DNA of 63,326 bases from Candidatus Woesearchaeota archaeon (GCA_038890975.1 JAWAEZ010000001.1:1819-65144), one strand, 5' to 3'. Shown: positions 48,501 to 56,147, counted from the first letter of the stretch. A program made the numbers and translations. Notes: generated by a model not told the origin, from the letters alone.

Positions 48501-50670
48501 TTGTATTTACGCAAATTTTTTCCCCTTCAATTTCCGGGATAGGAACTAAATCTTGTCTTGAAAGGTCCTCATTTAAAACACCACCACCATAAACATCTCC
48601 TGGTTGGCAGTTTTCATTTACAAGTGAAGAGAATTTCTCTTCTCCGATACCTTGTAAAGATTTTATCCCTCCTTCGGTAACTAAAACTGCACTTAATAAA
48701 CAACCAACACCTTGATATCCATTTTGTTTATAATCACTAAAAGATTTTATTCCTTTACAAATATTGTTTTTAGATTCGTCATCTTTAAAACTTTTAAAAT
48801 ATTTCTGTCCTTCTTTTATGTACATAGAAGAAGTCCCCCCACCATCAATTTTAATTGCGTAGTTACAGTAATTTTTTAATTGGTCCGCTAAATTTCTCAA
48901 AGTTATATCATTTAGATAAACAAATAACCCTATTGTTCCATCTTTTCCGATACATATACCATTTTTTTCTTTTCCTTTAGGGTGTTTTTTTTCATAGGCA
49001 TATTCTGGATCTTTATCATTAAAAGAAGAAACTTTACCTTCATCAACCAAAAGCACCCCTTGTAATGCGTATTTAATATTTGTTTTAGAAGGAAATAATC
49101 TATTAAATTGTTGTAAAGACACAATACCAAATTCGTCATTATTCGTTATATAAAAAACATGACGTGTTTCACAAAAATCTAAATTTTCATAAGGAAAATG
49201 TTGTTTTCCTTCTTCAATGTATAAACAAGTGGAGCCTACACTTTTAGTAGAACTGCCCCTTACTAAATTAGTATAGCCAAAAAAACCCCCATTCGTTGCC
49301 GCCGCTATTTTTAGACCCTTATTATTGGCGCTGTCAACAATTGTTTTAAGTGTAGCGAGATCCTGCCCAGTAATTTCCGTAGCACTACGTATTTTCAAAT
49401 ATTTTGGGGAAGATACCCATATCATCTTTAAATCGGAAGTTCCAGAATTTTGATTGCAATCCCCTTCTAATATTTTTCCTGTTGCTGCTTCCACGGGGCA
49501 TATTTTAAGTTTCCCATTTTCTGCTGCTTCCACAAGAACAAAAATGTTTTTGTTAGGGTAACCTCTTAACTCGTGTGACGAAGCAGTTCCCACAACAATT
49601 TGTTCCGTGTTCTCATCTATTTTGTTTCTTATATAGCAATGTTGATGGCCGGAGAATATTGCTATTATATCGTTATTCTCTTTAGCAATTGTTTGAAGAT
49701 TATTATTATACACATCATCCCTGCAGCTGGGGGAAGTTTTAATTGCTGGGAGATGAGTTATTATTATTGTGGGTTTATTCTTATTTTTTTCCAAATCTTT
49801 TTTAAGCCACTGGACATTTGCGTACTGGTTCTTATAATCAAGGAAAACAAAGTGGTAACCTTTGTAATCAAAAGAGTAAGAGTGAGCCCATTCGCCTTCT
49901 ATTGCTATGTTTTGTGGTTTTTTATCTGCCCAAAATTTATTGTAAGAACTTATCGTTTCTTGCTTATCATATTCGTGGTTTCCTGTTGTAGGGAATATTG
50001 GATAATTTTTTAGTTCTTTATACTCGGCAAAATTAAATTGCGTATTTGGCAAACAACAAGAAAAATCGCCTGCGTGCAATATTATTTCTGGGTCTAGTTT
50101 TTTAATTGTGTTGGATAAATCGCTACTGCTTATTCCCTTACTTGTGTGAGTATCGCTTATTACTACGAATCTGAATGCTTCTGCGTTGCTAGAAAGAATT
50201 ATTGAACAGAATGTTATAGTAAAAATCATAACTCCTACTTTTTTAAGATGTTTTCTTCTCAATAGAAAAATAATAAAAAAAATGAATATCACCAACAAAA
50301 ATGAAAAAATTATTATTTTCAAAATGATGTTTTCTTTTTTTACTTTTGTTTCTTCGCCTGATAAGTAAAATTCTTCCGCAAAAGAATTTGCCTCTTCTTC
50401 ACTATACCCCGCTTTTAAATATTTTTCTTTTATTTCTTCTTTTGTCAAATAGTTACATTTTCCTTTACAACATACCTCATTAACAAAGTCGCTGGTATTT
50501 TTTATTATTATTCCTATGCATTTTTGGTAATCTCCGCAAACTGCGATTCCTCCTGCCTCTGAACATGTTACTCCGTAGGCGTTTATTTCCTGCTGCGCAG
50601 AAATAGTTCTATTTATTAAGATAACAATTGCCAAAAATAATAATGTTTTAACAAAATCTTTGCGTTTCAT
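45574..50670 (-). CDS. 1698-aa secreted/membrane multidomain protein: Cys-rich N-terminus, 2 TM helices, metallophosphoesterase, NAGPA-like domain 1, M15/VanY-like peptidase, NAGPA-like domain 2, Fn3-like modules
   Basis: Signal MKRKDFVKTLLFLAIVILINRTISA. Metallophosphoesterase motifs VISDTH, HAGDF, GNHEYD, ITHLP, SGHQHC (nt ~49516-50175). NGGFF...IDGGGTSSMY (~48676-49428) and NAAFF...LDLDGGGSTQMY (~47131-47868). SPFRS...HYNGYAMDI...EGWHFEY (~48085-48468). C-terminal PPPPVED...LSWDKS...VGYKIY. SD AAGGTGA and an ATGA overlap with the SLT gene. Confidence 0.8.
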   Translation of the reverse strand: MKRKDFVKTLLFLAIVILINRTISAQQEINAYGVTCSEAGGIAVCGDYQKCIGIIIKNTSDFVNEVCCKGKCNYLTKEEIKEKYLKAGYSEEEANSFAEEFYLSGEETKVKKENIILKIIIFSFLLVIFIFFIIFLLRRKHLKKVGVMIFTITFCSIILSSNAEAFRFVVISDTHTSKGISSSDLSNTIKKLDPEIILHAGDFSCCLPNTQFNFAEYKELKNYPIFPTTGNHEYDKQETISSYNKFWADKKPQNIAIEGEWAHSYSFDYKGYHFVFLDYKNQYANVQWLKKDLEKNKNKPTIIITHLPAIKTSPSCRDDVYNNNLQTIAKENNDIIAIFSGHQHCYIRNKIDENTEQIVVGTASSHELRGYPNKNIFVLVEAAENGKLKICPVEAATGKILEGDCNQNSGTSDLKMIWVSSPKYLKIRSATEITGQDLATLKTIVDSANNKGLKIAAATNGGFFGYTNLVRGSSTKSVGSTCLYIEEGKQHFPYENLDFCETRHVFYITNNDEFGIVSLQQFNRLFPSKTNIKYALQGVLLVDEGKVSSFNDKDPEYAYEKKHPKGKEKNGICIGKDGTIGLFVYLNDITLRNLADQLKNYCNYAIKIDGGGTSSMYIKEGQKYFKSFKDDESKNNICKGIKSFSDYKQNGYQGVGCLLSAVLVTEGGIKSLQGIGEEKFSSLVNENCQPGDVYGGGVLNEDLSRQDLVPIPEIEGEKICVNTNVCFSEPGDCCVLKEGAVRQIYPLYTLFKQRGCKLKIVSPFRSLKIYKEKWDASEKNPQTNCPPRDDAGKIMKEGYTEENFKHCPHYNGYAMDIWVECDPNDPSREHISYEEKIKIACQAGWVNYHHEGWHFEYGSNYWKRAKSKDKNLCQWPLQDSVLERERSGEGATTLYKTHNAITLDNDQQIILDPTNYIKEDYKKTEIKKIPKDAISLTTKQTNFGLMNIIEIDVNYFDVRTMSAKTIMDRTRKKCNNDCRLSISDIKWNQLNVVAAVNAAFFERGNQVKDTDEHPNYNEYEGMVSNYELYGRPQGIYIEDGKIISPFYYTKKKGYFVVQNGQPKILEVPNVEEAKKVLLRENSDIQYAVNGILKAGEDSGSRLTGVCITKENKLKLITTESGGNIQVFLDYLRDNENCQDALDLDGGGSTQMYYNYEGQNKVLKSSVDRKVANFIVVIPKAFAYGSPELCPPISVQNSPEEEILYGAYNVFPSFSVEVDKDFSEYRLLEDYSREYFEQCRNEKNILECFSEKSRSNEDFSFYFKKQGQTTNDNGWYTYCERKEEAFINDFVERYEDCRDSQTDSCYCEIPEIRNIPNLKIVVTEITPKDFLLVAPNIPYSLELYSGVFNTIFPKEIRTNGMIFNNYLEEKNYILRYYKEKKLSFEKDKANLPKCDISQNNIIKICAVSKKNKVFGINQMDGKLEETPLVYRFALETKDLPPPPVEDVKAEDLKRRKQLLLLSWDKSVAGDVVGYKIYESQRAFNNLDLEKAKSSPDINLVKNIDVGSAISVYKFVGVRCNLQNNVCDYVLAVKYSKDGDQSLMEIKQDQLIYEEETGKFYYVLSVEDDISYYYGVTAIDRKDQESTSFLKTPLGTSVNDIPPGLVSVTKQSLNEKSVKIKWDVPSFYIDGTQVEEKIKDKMSFEIYQKCPNSDMNVFSMSGKEIIQAPDCETKIIAKIGNIPSKEESIDEPIFKALGII

Positions 50671-51860
50671 CCGTCACCTTGGCTTGTTATTTGCAGTTGT
50701 TCAAATTTATGTTTCAACGCCATAACTCTTTCAACATATCTCTCTGTTTCAGCGGGGATTTGTTGTAATGTTCCTTCTGCCGCAATTATATCTTCCCATT
50801 GAACCTCTTCAGGATTTTTAGAAATTTTTTCTGCCACTTTTTTGATTTTTGTTTTGTTTAATCCTCCGTTATAGGTTGCAAGAGCGAATCTTATATTATC
50901 TTTATATCCACCATAAACTTTATAAGCAAGATATTTCAGGTATTTAACTGCGGCTTTTATACTTTCTTCGGGGTCTGTTCTATAATCGTAATCTTCGCAA
51001 GGTTTTTTTCCTCCACCGCCCTTGCTACAAAGACCGTAACTTGCCGCTGTTCCAGGCATAAATTGTGTTAAACCAACAGCACCTACATAACTTCTTGCAT
51101 TAGGATTCCCCCCTGACTCTTGCATTATTAAAGCAACAATAAGCGATTCTGTAATGCCTGGAATCTCAGATGCTCCACCCTCTTCTTCTATTGCTTTTCT
51201 TATGAATTCTCCATATTTTAGGTATATCTGCTTTAGTTTTTCTTCTTCGCTACCTCTTATTTTAATATCTTGAGCGGTATTATAAGTTGTGTAACTAACC
51301 CCTGGCGTTATTACTCCTTTCTTTATTTCTAAACTTAGGGGAAGTTTTGCGTCGCCTGTTACTAATGTCTTTGGAGAAGAAGAATCACCGATGTTTACTA
51401 CGCTTATTTCATAATTTTTGTCCGTAGGTATCATAAGAGAAGGGGATAAACGAAAATATTCGTCTAATAAATTATTTAAGCTTTCGCCATATGCATTTTG
51501 AAGATTTTTATTTTTAGTATTATCCGCGTCTGGGATGCATTTGTCGTTGTCTAACTCCCAAACCGCAAAACCTGCATATCTTTGGCAATCCTCTGGCTTC
51601 TCTGGAAAACCTCCCATTCTGGCTGTTCTTAGAAATGCTTCTTGGGCTGCGAGTTTGGCTGATGTGTCGACATAAAATAGTGTTTCTTCTGCATCTTGGT
51701 ATGAAGAAAATAAAAGTACGGCCTTTAAACCTATGTTCCCTGCGAATTGTTTTTGCTCTCTTATTATGTAAAAAAGCATCGTGACCTGTGCTATTATCAG
51801 TCCTGTTACTACTATTATTATGAAAAATTTCGCTTTTTTATTTTTTATTATTTTTTTCAT
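50667..51860 (-). CDS. membrane-anchored lytic transglycosylase (SLT / GH23 domain)
   Basis: N-terminus KNKKAKFFIIIVVTGLIIAQV. SLT motifs LIVALIMQESGGNPNARSYVGAVGLTQFMPGTA...YNGG (nt ~50856-51233; putative catalytic Glu codon 51117-51119). Confidence 0.8.
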   Translation of the reverse strand: MKKIIKNKKAKFFIIIVVTGLIIAQVTMLFYIIREQKQFAGNIGLKAVLLFSSYQDAEETLFYVDTSAKLAAQEAFLRTARMGGFPEKPEDCQRYAGFAVWELDNDKCIPDADNTKNKNLQNAYGESLNNLLDEYFRLSPSLMIPTDKNYEISVVNIGDSSSPKTLVTGDAKLPLSLEIKKGVITPGVSYTTYNTAQDIKIRGSEEEKLKQIYLKYGEFIRKAIEEEGGASEIPGITESLIVALIMQESGGNPNARSYVGAVGLTQFMPGTAASYGLCSKGGGGKKPCEDYDYRTDPEESIKAAVKYLKYLAYKVYGGYKDNIRFALATYNGGLNKTKIKKVAEKISKNPEEVQWEDIIAAEGTLQQIPAETERYVERVMALKHKFEQLQITSQGDG

Positions 51861-52351
51861 TGTTTATCAAACGCATAAGAGGAGGCGGTTATTACCTTAC
51901 GCCTTGGTGTAGGAAATCTAATTTCAGTAACTTTTATATGAGATGACAAAGAATCGCAATTATTCGTTAATGGGGATATTACAATTATTTCGTTTTTTTC
52001 TTCAAAATTAAAGGATATGCAAGATATTGATGAGTATATTTTATTTTTTTCTAAAGTTTCAATTATTTTGTCTTTTACTTCTTTGTTTCTTTTTAAATCG
52101 TAATCAATAAGGTAATCTGCTATTGTTTTTTGTTCGTCTACTGGTGTTTTTAAAATATTGAGCAGTTCCATTGTTTTTTCTTCTTTTAACAATTCATAAT
52201 ACATCGCGTAGTCAATCCTTGTAGAAACAGTTAATGCGATGTAAATTACTAAGAAGACCAAAAAATAAGCTATCACCGCCCACACATCTATTATTAACGA
52301 TGTCGCTATTCCTTTTTTATTTTTGATTATTTTATTTTTCACTAGTTTCAT
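51857..52351 (-). CDS. pilin-like protein (class III signal peptide-like N-terminus), 164 aa
   Basis: MKLVKNKIIKNKKG/IATSLIIDVWAVIAYFLVFLVIYIAL. ATGA overlaps on both sides. Confidence 0.6.
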   Translation of the reverse strand: MKLVKNKIIKNKKGIATSLIIDVWAVIAYFLVFLVIYIALTVSTRIDYAMYYELLKEEKTMELLNILKTPVDEQKTIADYLIDYDLKRNKEVKDKIIETLEKNKIYSSISCISFNFEEKNEIIVISPLTNNCDSLSSHIKVTEIRFPTPRRKVITASSYAFDKQ

Positions 52352-52896
52352 GTTTTAGGCACCAAAACAACGAAATTTATAAAAGCGGGGTACATTTCTC
52401 CGTTATCTAAAACAATAACATATCTTCTAGTTTCTATTTTTTCCACTTTTCCTATTCCTACAAAAAAAACATTTGATAGAGGAAGCCAATTAAAATACTT
52501 TTCTCTGTTGTAAAATAACTCAATTTTTTTAACTTCTTCTTTTCCTTCTTCTTTTTTGACATTGTAGGTTAGCGTGATGTTTGCAGCTATCATATTATTA
52601 ATTTCGCCGAAAAACATTGCTTTTTCTAGAGTCGTTTCTGATAGTTTATTTATATCAACTACTCCATAAATAGTCCTTCCCGTGCTTGGGTCGGTATAAG
52701 GCAATGCGTTTGGGTTGTAGAGCATGTATCTCACGAAAATTTCTGCTTCTTGTTTTGTTGTATCTAGCGTTTGCGAATCGTAATAGCGCGCTAAAAAGTA
52801 AATAAAAAAAAGCATTAATAATACAAAAAGTATTCTCGCAGACCAATAAACAGCGTCGTAAGCGTTTATTCCCCTTTTTGATTTTGCAATTTTCAT
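52348..52896 (-). CDS. pilin-like protein, 182 aa
   Basis: MKIAKSKRG/INAYDAVYWSARILFVLLMLFFIYFL. Confidence 0.6.
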   Translation of the reverse strand: MKIAKSKRGINAYDAVYWSARILFVLLMLFFIYFLARYYDSQTLDTTKQEAEIFVRYMLYNPNALPYTDPSTGRTIYGVVDINKLSETTLEKAMFFGEINNMIAANITLTYNVKKEEGKEEVKKIELFYNREKYFNWLPLSNVFFVGIGKVEKIETRRYVIVLDNGEMYPAFINFVVLVPKT

Positions 52897-52912
52897 ATTT
52901 TCATTTTAAAAA

Positions 52913-53839
52913 TTATTTACCAAAATATTCATTTATCGCCCCGCCTATTTCATTAATTATTGTGCCTCTGTTAAGAGATCCTATTTCTATTCTTAATATT
53001 GTAGTTGGTTGCGAATCAAAATCGCCTATATTAATTGTAGCTACCAAATTTTGTTTGTATATCCGATTTTTTATAATGCATGCCAATCTTCTTGATTTTC
53101 TTTCGCTGTTGATGTAAATTTTTGCTGAAGAATCCTCTATATAATCTACTCCTCTAATTTCAATGAATAGTGCTGTTTTTTTATTTTGAAATTCTTGTTC
53201 AAATTTTTCTTTGTCTGTATAGTATCGTGCTTCTAAACCGGGCTGTAAAGAAGGTATGAGGGATTGTTGAATCAATTTATTAATTTCTTCTTTATTTTTT
53301 TTATCAAAAAATTGTAAACCCTGTCCTGTGCTGTCGTAAATAAAAATTAACTTTTCGTCTTTTGAAACATCAATTTTTTCGCAGTTCATAGATTCTAAAG
53401 TTAAATCGTTATTGTTTATGAAAAAATCTGGTGGTGTCTTTTTAAAAGAAAGAACTGTCCTGTTTTGGTCTTCTAGCGGATAAATTTTCTCTTTTGGTAT
53501 GATAAAATTCAAAGCTAAGTCCTTTGGAAAAAAATAATAAGTGTTTGAATCTTTTGTAACATCTTCGTCAATAGAATAAACATTTATCCTATTATTTAAA
53601 AACCCGTACACGAATCCTCTCAAATCTGCATAACTTAAAAAAACAGCGCCAGGAGATGCTTCTATTGCCTCCATAGTGAGTGCTAAATCTCTTGCTGTTT
53701 TTTCTTTTAATAATCTTGTTCCTGTTCCTACTGAAACAGCATAAGAAATGGCTGCTGTTGTTACCATAATCGCTAGAAAAATCTCAATAATTATTTTATA
53801 AAGCTCTTTCATACCTCTTTTTTGCTTAAAAATAAGCAT
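52913..53839 (-). CDS. pilin-like N-terminus plus a C-terminal amidase_3-like domain whose zinc ligands appear substituted
   Basis: KQKRG/MKELYKIIIEIFLAIMVTTAA. C-terminal half has LIFIYDSTGQG (compare iDpGHGG), ALFIEIRGV (compare SiHaNa), TILRIEIGSLN (compare vLvElGFlsN) and IGGAINEYF. Confidence 0.55.
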   Translation of the reverse strand: MLIFKQKRGMKELYKIIIEIFLAIMVTTAAISYAVSVGTGTRLLKEKTARDLALTMEAIEASPGAVFLSYADLRGFVYGFLNNRINVYSIDEDVTKDSNTYYFFPKDLALNFIIPKEKIYPLEDQNRTVLSFKKTPPDFFINNNDLTLESMNCEKIDVSKDEKLIFIYDSTGQGLQFFDKKNKEEINKLIQQSLIPSLQPGLEARYYTDKEKFEQEFQNKKTALFIEIRGVDYIEDSSAKIYINSERKSRRLACIIKNRIYKQNLVATINIGDFDSQPTTILRIEIGSLNRGTIINEIGGAINEYFGK

Positions 53840-53874
53840 ATCAATTTAAATTAAAAATATCTTCTTTTAAAAAT

Positions 53875-54735
53875 TTATTGTTTTACGACGCATTTAACTA
53901 TTTCTCCTTCTTTTGATAATGTGCATGCTCCTTTGCAAACTTTATCACAAATATCTAATGGAACTTTGGAACAATCAATATTTTGGCTGCAAGGGATACA
54001 TCTTCCTATATCTTGTTCTTCTTCCCAATAGCAGGTTATGCCTTCTTTATCGAAACCGCAAGGGTCTCCTAAACATTGTCTTTTGTGTAATTCATAATTT
54101 TCTTCATTTTTGTCAATACTAAAACTAAATTCTGGCTGACCAAAAGTTGTTGATTCAGAAAGAGTTAAAGAATACTGTTCGCATTTAAAAGTTGAGAAAC
54201 AATTTTTGCATTTACCTGTATAAATTATACATTTGTAATTCGTACAAAGATTTAGGTCTTCAATTCCTTCACAAGATATACCCTGTTCTGATTTGATTAT
54301 TTCTTTGTTAATTTCAAAATTGATGTACTGTACTCCGGCATATGAGTAGTGAAAGTGCATAGGGGGAGTTTCTTTTTTGAAACAATCGATATTATAAATT
54401 TTTAAACCGCAACCTTTTTTAACGCCACTCATAGAAATGTCGTCTTCTTTACAAAGGCATATACAATCTTTGGAACAATAGTTATCTTCTGAGTTAGTTG
54501 TTATTTTAAAATCTTCACCTATTTGAATGGGTACAGTAAATTTTCCTTCATTAACATTTTTGAATAAGTAAACAATTCTTTCGTAACTTTGCTCTGTTAC
54601 ATAATCCGGCCTCTTGATTAAAAGATTATAAGCTTTTGTAATAAGTGGAAGAATGACAAAAGTTATAACGATAAACGCTATAACAACGCCCATTAGTGTT
54701 GTTATAGCGATTTCTATAGATTTCTTGTTAATCAT
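53875..54735 (-). CDS. pilin-like N-terminus plus a large Cys-rich ectodomain (22 Cys by my count)
   Basis: MINKKS/IEIAITTLMGVVIAFIVITFVIL. The internal ATG at 54735 is preferred because the track start at 54771 overlaps the upstream gene. Confidence 0.6.
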   Translation of the reverse strand: MINKKSIEIAITTLMGVVIAFIVITFVILPLITKAYNLLIKRPDYVTEQSYERIVYLFKNVNEGKFTVPIQIGEDFKITTNSEDNYCSKDCICLCKEDDISMSGVKKGCGLKIYNIDCFKKETPPMHFHYSYAGVQYINFEINKEIIKSEQGISCEGIEDLNLCTNYKCIIYTGKCKNCFSTFKCEQYSLTLSESTTFGQPEFSFSIDKNEENYELHKRQCLGDPCGFDKEGITCYWEEEQDIGRCIPCSQNIDCSKVPLDICDKVCKGACTLSKEGEIVKCVVKQ

Positions 54736-54736
54736 T

Positions 54737-55003
54737 TTATGTTTCTGAAACACAACAAACCTTACCTTCACCGCAATCGAATCTCCCTATATTAACTGTT
54801 CCGGGAGGACAAACTTTACCTTCTAAACACTGACCATTCCTTGCAGAACAACTTATTATTCCTTCCGCTGCTTTTGAAGATTTTTTTGTTTCACTATAAA
54901 ATATGTACGCCAATATTGCTAATACAATAACTGCTAAAACGAAACCTACAACAACCCAATTAACTTCTGCCTTCCTTGATTTTGTGTTATTTTTCACTTT
55001 CAT
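54737..55003 (-). CDS. mini-pilin paralog 5 (88 aa), six-Cys head
   Basis: MKVKNNTKSRKA/EVNWVVVGFVLAVIVLAILAYIF...CSARNGQCLEGKVCPPGTVNIGRFDCGEGKVCC. Internal ATG at 55003 preferred over the track start at 55090. Confidence 0.65.
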   Translation of the reverse strand: MKVKNNTKSRKAEVNWVVVGFVLAVIVLAILAYIFYSETKKSSKAAEGIISCSARNGQCLEGKVCPPGTVNIGRFDCGEGKVCCVSET

Positions 55004-55289
55004 ATTTAATACAACACGCCTGAAGTTTTTCGCCGCTATCGCCAATACTTTCACAACCTTTTGTGTATATGATATATTCACTCCCCTCACACTTCTGTCC
55101 TGGGGGCGTGATGCATCTTCCTCCTTGGGCTTTGCATGGTTGCGAAGTTGACTTAGTAAAAATTTGTGATTTAGAAGAAAAAATGAATATCAAAACAGCC
55201 AAAACAACAAGAGAGATAACAGCGATTATTATAATATTTATGCTTAGTTCTGCTGCTATTTTTTTAATTTTTTTATTATGTTTGTTCAT
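54987..55289 (-). CDS. mini-pilin paralog 4 (100 aa), six-Cys head
   Basis: KKIKKIA/AELSINIIIIAVISLVVLAVLIFIFSSKSQIF...CKAQGGRCITPPGQKCEG...GCES...ACC. Confidence 0.65.
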   Translation of the reverse strand: MNKHNKKIKKIAAELSINIIIIAVISLVVLAVLIFIFSSKSQIFTKSTSQPCKAQGGRCITPPGQKCEGSEYIIYTKGCESIGDSGEKLQACCIKYESEK

Positions 55290-55524
55290 TTTTTTCTATA
55301 GGCATACAACATTTTCCGCTGTCACATTTCCCCCCTAATAAAGGTGCGTGGGTTGAAGGGCATCTTTCTAAACAGACCCCTCCTTGGGCTTCGCAACTTG
55401 CTGTTGTTCTTGAAAATACCCCAAACTTTCCACTAAATATTATTATTGAAACAACAAGAGCTATTAGGAGAATAATCACCACAACTATCATAGTTAAAGT
55501 TAGTTCGGCACCTTTTTTATTCAT
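55276..55524 (-). CDS. mini-pilin paralog 3 (82 aa), six-Cys head
   Basis: MNKKG/AELTLTMIVVVIILLIALVVSIIIFSGKFGVF...CEAQGGVCLERCPSTHAPLLGGKCDSGKCC. Confidence 0.7.
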   Translation of the reverse strand: MNKKGAELTLTMIVVVIILLIALVVSIIIFSGKFGVFSRTTASCEAQGGVCLERCPSTHAPLLGGKCDSGKCCMPIEKNEQT

Positions 55525-55526
55525 TT

Positions 55527-55823
55527 TTATGTAAATTTACAACAACAACATTTACCAATCCCTCTTGTCTGCGTATCTCTGCAAGTGAAACCTTCCGGAA
55601 AATTTACTTCTTCGTCTCCTTCTAAACATATATCCGAACAATAACGGCCCGTCCCAGGTATGTCACAAACTTTGGGGTTATAAACTTTTGATGTTTCTTC
55701 TGAAGTTTTCTGAAAAAAACCCATCTTCCCAGAGAATATTATAACCACTACAACAAGAGCAACTATTAAAATTACTGCTACAATTATCAGATTCATGGAC
55801 AATTCTGCGGCTTTCTTTCCCAT
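55527..55823 (-). CDS. mini-pilin paralog 2 (98 aa), eight Cys ending in CCCC
   Basis: MGKKA/AELSMNLIIVAVILIVALVVVVIIFSGKMGFF...CDIPGTGRYCSDICLEG...FTCRDTQTRGIGKCCCC. Confidence 0.7.
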   Translation of the reverse strand: MGKKAAELSMNLIIVAVILIVALVVVVIIFSGKMGFFQKTSEETSKVYNPKVCDIPGTGRYCSDICLEGDEEVNFPEGFTCRDTQTRGIGKCCCCKFT

Positions 55824-55835
55824 TTTATTCTACTA

Positions 55836-56144
55836 CTATTCTACCCCTCCTGCCCCTACAGTCACACAACAAAAACCGTCTGAATCTTTGTTGTTGAAAT
55901 TAAACTTTCCGTCCCCGTTTAAATCGCACGCCCCCCAAGAAATTTTGTCGTAAGCGCCGTTACAATCAGTTTCTACCGCAACGCATCTTCCTGCATTGCC
56001 GTACTTAGTTGTACATTTGTCAGATTCCCTTACAAATATTCCTGTTCTCCCAGTAAAAATTATAGACAATACTACGAGAACAAGCAGTCCGAGTGCTGCT
56101 ATTATCACAACATTTAAAGACATTCCTTGCGCTTTTTTTACCAT
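55836..56144 (-). CDS. mini-pilin paralog 1 (102 aa), six-Cys head; candidate major subunit
   Basis: MVKKAQG/MSLNVVIIAALGLLVLVVLSIIFTGRTGIF...C..C..C..C..CC. It is the only gene in the operon preceded by a ~100-nt gap and by a strong SD (GAGGTGATtagATG). Confidence 0.7.
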   Translation of the reverse strand: MVKKAQGMSLNVVIIAALGLLVLVVLSIIFTGRTGIFVRESDKCTTKYGNAGRCVAVETDCNGAYDKISWGACDLNGDGKFNFNNKDSDGFCCVTVGAGGVE

Positions 56145-56147
56145 CTA

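Noticed and set aside
54737-55090. Long versions of several operon ORFs in the track (54737-55090, 53875-54771, 57426-58331, 59025-59249, 60260-61342)
   Set aside because: The upstream extensions overlap the preceding gene by 20-100 nt and lack the Lys-rich-then-hydrophobic layout. Internal ATGs give abutting genes and canonical pilin-like N-termini.
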